A DNA stretch of 64,000 nucleotides from an uncultured Acidimicrobiaceae bacterium (GTDB taxonomy: Bacteria > Actinomycetota > Acidimicrobiia > Acidimicrobiales > RAAP-2). Made by a program: the position numbers and the translations under genes. The stretch spans positions 475,873-539,872 of the forward strand of contig CAWECY010000004.1 in NCBI GenBank assembly GCA_963807775.1. The letters are read 5' to 3'. The notes under the pieces were generated by a model. The model worked only from the letters and a program-made list of their open reading frames with translations, ran no database searches and was not told the origin of the DNA. Shown in pieces: positions 9,542-18,139 of the stretch (the first letter of the stretch is position 1; each line of letters starts with the position of its first letter).

Positions 9542-9684
9542 GGCACCCAGGAATCGGGATACCTGTCGGTGGAGTCTCAGGGCGAACATTGCCACTTGGC
9601 GTGCAGATCGGCCCGCTTCGCACGCTTTGTGGCCTGGCGTCAGGCTCTTTAGCGCGATCGAGCACCAGGCCGTCGGCTGTCGTC

Positions 9685-9722
9685 GGGACCACCTTCCCTG
9701 GCCCTTGGGACCTTTTGGCCTA
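9685..9722 (+). promoter_or_regulatory. Two GGGACC boxes 22 nt apart upstream of the alcohol dehydrogenase gene
   Basis: GGGACCACCTTCCCTGG (9685-9701) and GGGACCTTTTGGCCTA (9707-9722). The latter matches the 16-nt extended box GGGACCTTCCTCCCTA at 12/16 positions. Confidence 0.3.
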
Positions 9723-9800
9723 CCCGGACTCAGGGCAGACGTGGACGATGGCTGGGTAAGGGCAAGTCCAAGATCATGAGCACCGAGCGGAGGTAGGACG

Positions 9801-10841
9801 ATGAAGGCACTCGTATACGAGGGACCTGGCCGGAAGAGTTGGAGCGAGATCGCGGACCCGAAGATCCAGCACGACGGCGACGTCATCGTGCGGGTCGACG
9901 CGACGACGATCTGTGGAACGGACCTGCACATCTTGAAAGGGGACGTTCCCGAGACGACCCCCGGCCGAGTCCTCGGACACGAAGCCGTGGGCACCATTGT
10001 CGAGGTCGGCTCCGGCGTGAAGACGCGCCAAGTCGGCCAGCGTGTGCTGGTCTCGTGCATCTCGGCCTGCGGCTTCTGCCGTTTCTGTCGGGAGGGCCAT
10101 TACGGGCAGTGCCTTGGCGGCGGCGGATGGATTCTTGGTCACCTCATCGATGGGACCCAGGCGGAGCTGGTACGGGTGCCCTTCGCTGACACGTCGACCT
10201 ATCTCGTCCCCGCTGGGGTGGCTGACGAGGACATCTTGATGCTGGCTGACATCCTCCCGACGTCCTACGAGGTCGGTGTGCTGAACGGCCGAGTCCAGCC
10301 GGGCGACACCGTTGCCGTCGTGGGCGCTGGGCCAATCGGGCTCTCCGCCATCTTGGGAGCGCAGCTCTTCTCACCGAGCCACATTGTGGCCATCGACCCG
10401 GCTGACACCCGATTGGAAGCCGCCAAGCGCTTCGGGGCCGACGCGACCGTCAACAATGGAAGCGATGACGCCTTATCTGTGGTCCAGGGCCTGACGGACG
10501 GCCTCGGCGCCGATGTCGCCATCGAGGCCGTGGGCGTGCCCGAGAGCTTCGAGTTGTGCACCACTCTTGTCCGGCCCGGAGGACGGGTCGCCAACATCGG
10601 CGTGCACGGAAAGCCGGCCACACTGCACCTCGAATCGCTATGGATCCGCGATGTCACCATGACCACGGGTTTGGTCGACACCTTTTCGACACCCACCTTG
10701 CTCCGGCTGATGACAGCAGGTCAGCTCTACGGTAGCCAGTTCGTCACCCACCACTTTGAGCTGGGCCAGATGCTCGCTGCGTATGACGCCTTCAGGCGCG
10801 CGTCAGAGACGGGAGCGTTGAAGGTCGTGATCAGTAGGTAG
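9801..10841 (+). CDS. Zinc-dependent medium-chain alcohol dehydrogenase
   Basis: GHEAVGTIVEVG zinc motif, structural-zinc Cys cluster CISACGFCRFC and Rossmann VAVVGAGPIGL. RBS GGAGG lies 7 nt upstream. Confidence 0.9.
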   Translation: MKALVYEGPGRKSWSEIADPKIQHDGDVIVRVDATTICGTDLHILKGDVPETTPGRVLGHEAVGTIVEVGSGVKTRQVGQRVLVSCISACGFCRFCREGHYGQCLGGGGWILGHLIDGTQAELVRVPFADTSTYLVPAGVADEDILMLADILPTSYEVGVLNGRVQPGDTVAVVGAGPIGLSAILGAQLFSPSHIVAIDPADTRLEAAKRFGADATVNNGSDDALSVVQGLTDGLGADVAIEAVGVPESFELCTTLVRPGGRVANIGVHGKPATLHLESLWIRDVTMTTGLVDTFSTPTLLRLMTAGQLYGSQFVTHHFELGQMLAAYDAFRRASETGALKVVISR

Positions 10842-10883
10842 AGCCAGGTCGGCGACGGGGTCGACGCCGCCGTCACGCGAGCC

Positions 10884-11979
10884 CTACCCGAGGAGCGAGC
10901 GAACCTCCGATGCGATCTGGAGATCCTCTCTGGCCCGGATCACAAAGATCCTGACCCGCGAATGCGAGCCCGTGATCTCCGTATCCGGTGATGCGGAGGG
11001 AATTCGCCTCCTGGTCAAGCGAGACGCCGAGAAAGCCCATTTTTGACAGAGTGTCGGCGCGCACGAGCGCGGCGTTCTCCCCCGCACCTCCGGTGAAGGT
11101 GACGGCATCGAGACCCCCCATCGCGCTGGCCATTGCCGCAATGGCTGCGCGCAGCCTGTGCACGTAGACGTCGTGGGCCAATTCGGCCGCGTCGTCACCT
11201 TTGACGACCAGCGCCTCGATCTCGGCCAGGTCGGACGACCCGGCCAGTGCGTACAAGCCTGATTCGTGTTCGAGCGTGTGGCCGATATCGGAGACCGAGA
11301 TCCCTCGCTCCTGCGCAAGCCAGAGGATCAGACCGGGGTCTACCGTGCCCGAGCGGGTGGCCATGACCAGCCCCTCCAGGGGGGTGAAGCCCATCGTCGT
11401 GTCGATCGAGCGGCCCTCGACGACGGCGGCGAGGGATGCCCCCGCGCCTAGGTGGCAGGTGACCAGACGGACAGCCGTTCCCGAGTGCCCCATGAGCTCG
11501 ATCGTGCGTCGCCAGGCGTAGGCATGGCTCAGGCCGTGGAAGCCAAAGCGACGCACACCCCAACGATCCCGCCATTCCCGTGGCACGGCGTACGTGGCCG
11601 CCGCCTCGGGCAGGTCGGCGTGAAAGGCCGTGTCGAAGCACCCCACCGCCGGCACGTCGCTCAAGACAGCGCTGACGATCTCGACCGCCTGCAGGCAAGA
11701 CCTCTGGTGCAGGGGCGCCAGCGGGACCAGCTCGTGCAGAGCGTCCAAGGTGGCAGGGTCAAGCAACGTCGGACCGGCGAAGTGAGTCCCGCCATGCACG
11801 ATGCGGTGCCCGACCGCATCGATGGGGCAGGGAGACTCCGCAACGAATCGCCGCAGCGTGGCCGGATCGAACGTTCCTCCGACGGCCCGCAAACTTTCAG
11901 CTCGTAACAGGTCGTCGTCGGAGTTGAGAACGCTCAGTTTGAGGCTGGAGGACCCCGCGTTGACAACCAGCACGTTCAC
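10884..11979 (-). CDS. ackA: Acetate kinase, with an apparent 1-nt frameshift about 35 codons before the stop
   Basis: The N-terminus [14 protein letters not shown] and the body are in the frame of ORF 10873..12948. The canonical C-terminus [33 protein letters not shown] is in the frame of ORF 10884..11318. The switch lies at about 10992-11002. The GTG start overlaps the xfp stop (GTGA). Confidence 0.85.
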
Positions 11980-14399
11980 CGCGCGTAGTCGCTCCACACC
12001 CAGTCGGTGATCTCGGGTGGATCCTCGCCGTGCTGGCGGGTATAGGCGCGGGCTCTGAGCCGCGCGTCCTGCATCTCTTGGCGCAGGCCCGCCGCCCGCT
12101 CCCCGAGGCCGGGAACACGGTCGATGACGTCCATGACCAAGTGAAAGCGGTCGAGGTCGTTGAGCATGGTCATGTCGAAGGGGGTCGTGGTGGTCCCCTC
12201 CTCCCGGTAGCCGCGCACGTGCAGATTGGCGTGGTTGGTGCGGCGGTAGGTCAGGCGGTGGATCAGCCACGGATAGCCGTGATAGGCGAAGATGATCGGA
12301 CGGTCGGTCGTAAAGAGCTCGTCGAACTCGCGGTCGGGGAGCCCGTGGGGGTGCTGGCTCTGGTCGCACAGACGCATGAGGTCGACCACGTTGACGACCC
12401 TTACGCGCAGTGACGGGAGGTGCCGCCGGAGCATCTGGGCCGCCGCCACTGTCTCGAGCGTGGGAACGTCCCCGGCGCAGGCCAGGACCACGTCGGGGAC
12501 CACCTCGGCGTCGTTGCTGGCCCACTCGAAGATGCCCAGACCCCGAGTGCAGTGGGCCACCGCGTCCTCCATCGAGAGGTACGTGAGGGCCGGCTGCTTG
12601 CCGACGACGATGAGATTGATGTAGTCCCGGCTCCTGAGGCAATGGTTGGCGACTGAGAGCAGGGTGTTGGCGTCCGGGGGCAGATAGATGCGCACCCGAT
12701 CCGAATTCTTGTTCACCAGGTGGTCGATGAACCCGGTGTCCTGGTGCGAAAACCCGTTGTGGTCCTGACGCCAGACGTGGCTCGTGAGGAGGTAGTTCAG
12801 CGACGCGATGGGGCGACGCCACGGGATGCCCTGGCAAGTCTTGAGCCACTTGGCGTGCTGGTTCAGCATGGAGTCGACGATCGGGACGAACGCCTCGTAG
12901 CAGTTGAAGAGACCATGGCGGCCGGTGAGGAGATAGCCCTCCAACCACCCCTCACAGAGGTGCTCGCTCAGGACCTCCATGACCCGTCCTTGGCGAGCGA
13001 GGTGCTCGTCGGCGGGGTGAATCTCGGCCTGCCAGGCGCGCTCGGTGGCTTCGAACACCGTTCCGAGCCGGTTCGAGAGCGTTTCGTCCGGTCCGACCAG
13101 GCGGAACGTGGTGGGGTTCGCCTTGATGACGTCCCGGAGCAGTCCTCCGAGCACCCGGGTCGGTTCCACCCACGCCGTGCCCGGACGGTTGACGGGCACC
13201 GCATAGTCGGTGAAGTCCGGCACGGTGAGGTCCTTGAGGAGGAGCCCGCCGTTGGCGTGCGGGTTGGCCCCCATGCGGCGCGAGCCAGTCGGGGCCAGCG
13301 CGGCCAGCTCATGGCGGAGGCGCCCGGCCTCGTCGAAGAGCTCCTCGGGTCGGTAGCTGCGCATCCAGGCTTCGAGAATGGCGAGGTGTTCGGGATTCGT
13401 GCGGACGTCACCGACGGGCACCTGATGAGCACGGAACGTGCCCTCGACCGGCAGGCCGTCCACGATCCTGGGACAGGTCCAGCCCTTCGGCGTGCGGAGC
13501 ACGATCATGGGCCAGGCAGGACGATCACTCGTGGTCCGGCTGCGCGCCGCGGTCTGGATGTCCGCGATCTCGTCGAGGGCTCGATCGAGCGCGGCGGCCA
13601 GCTGCTCGTGCACGTCGAAGGGCTCATCACCGGCCACGAAGATCGGGCTGTGGCCGTAACCCTCGAGCAGCCACCGCAACTCGTCGTCGCCGATCCGAGC
13701 CAGGATCGTCGGGTTGGCGATCTTGTACCCGTTGAGATGGAGGATGGGCAGTACCGCACCGTCACCGACGGGATCGAGGAACTTGTTGGAGTGCCAGGAC
13801 CCCGCCAGCGGGGCCGTTTCGGCCTCGCCGTCCCCGATGACGCAGGCCACGATGAGGTCCGGATTGTCCAAGGCTGCCCCGTAGGCATGCACCAGCGAGT
13901 ACCCGAGTTCTCCTCCCTCGTGGATGGATCCTGGGGTCCCCGGAGAGACATGGCTGGGGATCCCGCCCGGGAACGAGAATTGGCGGAAGAGATGCCCGAG
14001 GCCCTCCTCGTCCTGCGTGATGTGGGGGTAGAACTCGCTGTAGGTGCCTTCGAGGTACGTGTTGGCGACGATCCCCGGCCCTCCGTGCCCAGGTCCGGTG
14101 ACGTAGATCATGTCGAGGTCCCGGGCCACGATGACGCGATTGAGGTGGGCGTAGACCAAGTTGAGCCCCGGCGTCGTGCCGAAGTGGCCCATCAAACGTG
14201 GCTTGGTGTGCTCGGCCCGCAGTGGTTCTCTCAGCAGCGGGTTGTCGAGGAGATAGATCTGACCGACCGAGCCGTAATTGGCGGCCCGCCAATAGGCGTC
14301 GATGGCCCTCAGGTCCTCTGATGCCAACACGGTCCTGCTGTCGTCCCCACCTCGGCGCATCGATCGCCCTTCGACCAGCGATGAGCGGGGTGCCGTCAT
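11976..14399 (-). CDS. xfp: Xylulose-5-phosphate/fructose-6-phosphate phosphoketolase
   Basis: 807 aa. Carries [42 protein letters not shown] and the whole-length architecture typical of XFP. Confidence 0.95.
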   Translation of the reverse strand: MTAPRSSLVEGRSMRRGGDDSRTVLASEDLRAIDAYWRAANYGSVGQIYLLDNPLLREPLRAEHTKPRLMGHFGTTPGLNLVYAHLNRVIVARDLDMIYVTGPGHGGPGIVANTYLEGTYSEFYPHITQDEEGLGHLFRQFSFPGGIPSHVSPGTPGSIHEGGELGYSLVHAYGAALDNPDLIVACVIGDGEAETAPLAGSWHSNKFLDPVGDGAVLPILHLNGYKIANPTILARIGDDELRWLLEGYGHSPIFVAGDEPFDVHEQLAAALDRALDEIADIQTAARSRTTSDRPAWPMIVLRTPKGWTCPRIVDGLPVEGTFRAHQVPVGDVRTNPEHLAILEAWMRSYRPEELFDEAGRLRHELAALAPTGSRRMGANPHANGGLLLKDLTVPDFTDYAVPVNRPGTAWVEPTRVLGGLLRDVIKANPTTFRLVGPDETLSNRLGTVFEATERAWQAEIHPADEHLARQGRVMEVLSEHLCEGWLEGYLLTGRHGLFNCYEAFVPIVDSMLNQHAKWLKTCQGIPWRRPIASLNYLLTSHVWRQDHNGFSHQDTGFIDHLVNKNSDRVRIYLPPDANTLLSVANHCLRSRDYINLIVVGKQPALTYLSMEDAVAHCTRGLGIFEWASNDAEVVPDVVLACAGDVPTLETVAAAQMLRRHLPSLRVRVVNVVDLMRLCDQSQHPHGLPDREFDELFTTDRPIIFAYHGYPWLIHRLTYRRTNHANLHVRGYREEGTTTTPFDMTMLNDLDRFHLVMDVIDRVPGLGERAAGLRQEMQDARLRARAYTRQHGEDPPEITDWVWSDYAR

Positions 14400-14818
14400 C
14401 GGGGTCCCGGGAGGACTTTATGGGCGACGGGGGTGGCTACGGCTGCGAACTCCCCCACCAGCCACACGAGCAGGTCGTCGACGGTGATGATTCCTGCCAC
14501 TTCGGAGTCCTCGAGCACCGGAAGCCGGCGCACACCGGCCCGGCGGACGACGGCGAACGCAGCAAGGAGATCCTCAGAACCTTGGATGGTGATGGGAGTT
14601 CCCGTCATGACCCCCTCGACGGGCTCATCTGGTGCGAGCCCCTGAGCGGTGCCGCGCACCGCGAGGTCCCGATCCGTCACGATGCCGACCAGCTCGTCCC
14701 CGCTCACCACGAGGAGCGCGCCGACCACATGGTCCCGCATGAGGCTCGCCGCTTCTTTGAGCGTGCACTGCGGAGGCACGGTAACGGGCGCCTTGCGCAG
14801 ACACTCCCTTACCAACAT
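14396..14818 (-). CDS. CBS-domain pair protein (Hrp1/Rv2626c-like)
   Basis: 140 aa with two CBS repeats ([19 protein letters not shown]). ATGA overlap with the xfp start. Confidence 0.85.
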   Translation of the reverse strand: MLVRECLRKAPVTVPPQCTLKEAASLMRDHVVGALLVVSGDELVGIVTDRDLAVRGTAQGLAPDEPVEGVMTGTPITIQGSEDLLAAFAVVRRAGVRRLPVLEDSEVAGIITVDDLLVWLVGEFAAVATPVAHKVLPGPR

Positions 14819-14864
14819 GGCTGCACCTCCTGGCCGAAGATTGCCCGCTGCACGTTTTGCAGCC

Positions 14865-15521
14865 TCATGGCGCGTCGGCGTTTGTCAGCTGCGTCGCGAT
14901 CTCCTGGAGCACACCGCGACGCTCGAGCAGTGTCCTCCGGAACATCGCGTTATCCGTGTCGGCGATCTCCGAGCTGAGGTCGCCGAGCACCGAATGCAAG
15001 ACGGAGGCAAGTTCCTCGACGCCAGCCCGGCCGAGGAGCACGGCCTTCAGGTGCCCGTCCCCTTGTTCGGTCGACCTGGCAGCCAGATCACGTCGCTCGC
15101 CCCGGAGATCGGGTTCGACCGCCCGCCCTGTCACCTTGAACGGGGAGATCTCGAACACGCGGACCCCCGGTACGGTGACGATGGGGGCTGGGAGGTTGCT
15201 CCCGAGTCGCGCCACGTCTTCGTACGGCAGTATGCGGGCGACTCCTTCGACCACGACGCTCCAGCCGGAGTGCCGCGTTGGCGCCACCTCGTCCGCCTCG
15301 AACGTGACCGCCTTGCCGTCCAGACTGTAGGCGGCGAATCCCTTTCCGAGCCGGATGACGATCTTGTCTTCGATGAGCGTGAAATTCACCGGTATCACGT
15401 AGGGCGATCGAGCCCCGTTGATGGCAATTCGTCCGGTGCCGGTCGTCGTCGCTGCGCCCTCCAAGTGGCGCAGGCACGCGTCTTCGCTCAGCACCACCGA
15501 GCCACGTCGGTCGAGCATCAT
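14865..15521 (-). CDS. Pyridoxamine 5'-phosphate oxidase-fold family protein
   Basis: Internal start MMLDRRGSVVLSEDACLRHL...PYVIPVNFTLIEDKIVIRL...GWSVVVEGVARIL. ATGA overlap with the upstream gene's stop. Confidence 0.75.
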   Translation of the reverse strand: MMLDRRGSVVLSEDACLRHLEGAATTTGTGRIAINGARSPYVIPVNFTLIEDKIVIRLGKGFAAYSLDGKAVTFEADEVAPTRHSGWSVVVEGVARILPYEDVARLGSNLPAPIVTVPGVRVFEISPFKVTGRAVEPDLRGERRDLAARSTEQGDGHLKAVLLGRAGVEELASVLHSVLGDLSSEIADTDNAMFRRTLLERRGVLQEIATQLTNADAP

Positions 15522-16096
15522 TGTGCCCCTCTTTCGGTATCGCCATGGTTGACGGTTCTGCGGACCACGCCGACCGCTCTGTGAAGAACGCTCTCGGGCG
15601 TGAGCTGCTCCAGGGTGAAGGGTTCGGTGCGCCGGCTCGCTCCGAGCTTGCGCCACATGTCACCCTCCCAGACCGTGATACGCCGACCTGCCACGTCAAC
15701 CTCGAGCTGGATGTGCGGATTGCGGTCGACACGAGGGGGCACTGCGACAGGACCCTCGAGTGACATCCACAAGGTCACCCGCTGACCGTGACGAGACGCC
15801 GCCGTCTGCTCCTCGACGAGACCTCCACCGCCGTCGTCGTTCAGTCGCTCGGCGACATTCCAGAAGGTGGGTTTCACAACGTGTTCGAACCGACAGGCTG
15901 CGGCGTGGGTGAAGCGTTCACGCTCCAGGAGTACAGCCCGCATGTGGGCCGCTTGCTCCTGCTCGCGACGGGCGTAGGTCGCCAAGAGATCGTCGACGAG
16001 GACGAGGCTTCCGTCGTCGAGCGTCCCGCCGACCGTGGCCAGACGCAGCGGCGGCGTCGTGCACAGGTGCTGGGAGGCGTCGCTTAGCGAGGACAT
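15518..16096 (-). CDS. Hypothetical protein (in the usp operon)
   Basis: Start MSSLSDASQH lies at 16096, 8 nt after the usp stop. Coding-like composition. No family recognised. Confidence 0.55.
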   Translation of the reverse strand: MSSLSDASQHLCTTPPLRLATVGGTLDDGSLVLVDDLLATYARREQEQAAHMRAVLLERERFTHAAACRFEHVVKPTFWNVAERLNDDGGGGLVEEQTAASRHGQRVTLWMSLEGPVAVPPRVDRNPHIQLEVDVAGRRITVWEGDMWRKLGASRRTEPFTLEQLTPESVLHRAVGVVRRTVNHGDTERGAQ

Positions 16097-16103
16097 GATC
16101 AAG

Positions 16104-16547
16104 TCAACGCACCACGATCGTGGTGCAAGTCGCGTAATGCACGACATGCTCGGAGACGGAACCCAAGAGGAGGTCGGTGAGCTCACGGTGGCCACGAGTG
16201 CCGACCACGAGCGCGGTGGCTCCCTTGCTCAGAGCAACGAGTGCCGGCCCTGGGAAGTCCAAGACCGCTTCGCCCTTGACGACGACTGTCGGCTCGAGCT
16301 CCTCGGCCCGGCGGAGAGCATCCGAAACGATGGCCTCCGCCGATTCATGGAAGACGCCCATTCGCACGACGAGAGCCCCTACCGCGGGCATCTCCTGGTA
16401 CACACTCACCACGTAGAGCAGGGCGTCCCATCGGGCGGCCTCCTTCAAGGCGAACTCGAGGGCACGGGTTGCGCAGTCCGAGCCATCGACGCCCACGACA
16501 ATTCGGGCTTCGTTCACGGACTCGTTAGTTGGGTCATTTGGTCTCAC
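16104..16547 (-). CDS. Universal stress protein (UspA family)
   Basis: IVVGVDGSDCATRALEFA...LVVGTRGHRELTDLLLGSVSEHVVHYATCTTIVV. Confidence 0.9.
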   Translation of the reverse strand: MRPNDPTNESVNEARIVVGVDGSDCATRALEFALKEAARWDALLYVVSVYQEMPAVGALVVRMGVFHESAEAIVSDALRRAEELEPTVVVKGEAVLDFPGPALVALSKGATALVVGTRGHRELTDLLLGSVSEHVVHYATCTTIVVR

Positions 16548-16610
16548 GGCCGCCTCCTCGGGTATTGGTCGGGACTCCTGTCATTGTCCTGGTACGCCGC
16601 CCGGTCCGCG

Positions 16611-16633
16611 TAGGGAGGAAGGTCCTAAGGACC
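16611..16633 (-). promoter_or_regulatory. 15-nt box (TAGGGAGGAAGGTCC on +) overlapping the perfect palindrome GGTCCTAAGGACC
   Basis: The box at 16611-16625 is identical to the reverse complement of 7060-7074. The palindrome spans 16621-16633. It lies 63 nt upstream of the usp start. Isolated GGGACT (16571-16576) and AGTCCC (16643-16648) half-sites are nearby. Confidence 0.5.
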
Positions 16634-16945
16634 AGGTACGGCAGTCCCTGATTTGACGGGGAAATGAGCCTCGGGCCTGGTCCTCTAGACAGAAGTGACT
16701 CTGGGCTCGGGCCTCACCGCTGGTCGTGGCACCGAGCACGCCGCCAGGTCATGACGGCCACTGGGAATGGCGCGGGCCGCCACCACTTGGGGACGCTGTG
16801 GCCAGGTGGCGGGGGGCGGGGGACAGTGAAGGGACCTTGGTCCCATCGCCCGATGGCGATTGTCCCTACTCGTGCCGACCTGGGATCCGTAGCCTGCGAC
16901 ACATCCACCGTGGGCCCCGTCGCGCCATCGCCCTGCGAACCTGCT

Positions 16946-18139
16946 TCAGCCCGGCTGGGACCCCACGATGGAGACGAAGGACAGCATCTCGCCGGGATAG
17001 CCACCCAAGTTGTGCACCATGGCCAGGCCGCGGTCGACCGTGGCGATCTGGCGCTCCTCGGGCGCCTCGCGGCGCAGCTGGAGCCAGCACTCGAAGAACA
17101 TGCGCAGGCCCGACGCGCCGACGGGGTGTCCGAAGCTCTTCAGACCGCCGTCGGGGTTGACCGGCAGGTCGCCGTTCAGCGCGAACGTGCCCGCCAGGAC
17201 CTCCTTCCACGCCGTGCCCCGGGGTGCGAAGCCGAGATCCTCCATGAGCACCAGCTCGGTCGGCGTGAAGCAGTCGTGCACCTCGGCCATGGCCAGTTGG
17301 TGTCGCGGGTCGGTGATGCCGGCCTGGGCGTAGGCATCGGTCGCCGCCGCCTCGCACTCGGGGAAGTAGGTGTAGTCGTAGCCCGGGTCGATCAGGCCCG
17401 ACCCGCTCCCCGTGGCGAAGGACAGCGCCTTGATATAGACGGGCTTGTCCGTGTAATTGAGCGCGTCCTCGGCCCGCACCACGATGGCCGCCGCCGCGCC
17501 GTCGGCCACGCCGGCGCAGTCGAAGACGCCCAGCGTGCCGGCCAGGCGGGGTGAGGAGAGCACCGCCTCCTTGGTGATCTCGCGCCGGAACTGCGCCCGG
17601 GGGTTACGCGCCCCGTTGAAGTGGTTCTTGACGGCGATGGAGGCCAGCACCTCGCCCATGGTCTCGTCGTCCACCCCGTACTTCTGTCCATAGGCGGGGG
17701 CGACCATGGAGAACATGGCGGCGGCCGTCAGCGTGCGCGCCGTCCCGTCGCCCGGAGGGTTGTTGGCGTTGAGCCCCTGGAACCCGCTGTCCTTCACCTT
17801 CTCGGCGCCGACTGCCATGGCCATGTCGTAGGCCCCCGACGCCACGGCGTAGACCGCGGCGCGGAGTGCCTCCGAGCCCGTGGTGCAGTAGTTCTCCACC
17901 CGTGTCACCGGCTTGTTGTGCAGCTGCAGCGGCCGGGCCAGCGTGATGCCGCTCATTCCGCTCTGCGCCGTACCGAACCAGTAGGCGTCGACGTCCTCCT
18001 TGGTGACGCCGGCCGAGGCGAAGGCCTCGGTGCTGGCGTCGACGATGAGGTCGTCCAGCCCCTTGTCCCAGTGTTCGGCGAAGGGCGTGCAGCCCATGCC
18101 GACGATGGCCACCCGGTCCGCAATGCCGTGCGAGCCCAT
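16946..18139 (-). CDS. SCP-x/archaeal-type thiolase (acetyl-CoA C-acyltransferase family)
   Basis: VAIVGMGCTPF, VENYCTTGSEAL (nucleophile Cys context), and C-terminal GLKSFGHPVGASG and HNLGG. Confidence 0.9.
   Translation of the reverse strand: MGSHGIADRVAIVGMGCTPFAEHWDKGLDDLIVDASTEAFASAGVTKEDVDAYWFGTAQSGMSGITLARPLQLHNKPVTRVENYCTTGSEALRAAVYAVASGAYDMAMAVGAEKVKDSGFQGLNANNPPGDGTARTLTAAAMFSMVAPAYGQKYGVDDETMGEVLASIAVKNHFNGARNPRAQFRREITKEAVLSSPRLAGTLGVFDCAGVADGAAAAIVVRAEDALNYTDKPVYIKALSFATGSGSGLIDPGYDYTYFPECEAAATDAYAQAGITDPRHQLAMAEVHDCFTPTELVLMEDLGFAPRGTAWKEVLAGTFALNGDLPVNPDGGLKSFGHPVGASGLRMFFECWLQLRREAPEERQIATVDRGLAMVHNLGGYPGEMLSFVSIVGSQPG

Noticed and set aside
10873-12948. A 691-aa ORF that would make one giant minus-strand gene.
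   Set aside because: Only the distal third (from [14 protein letters not shown], 11979 downward) is acetate kinase. The proximal two-thirds is an Arg/Pro/Gly-rich alternative frame overlapping the 3' part of the phosphoketolase gene.
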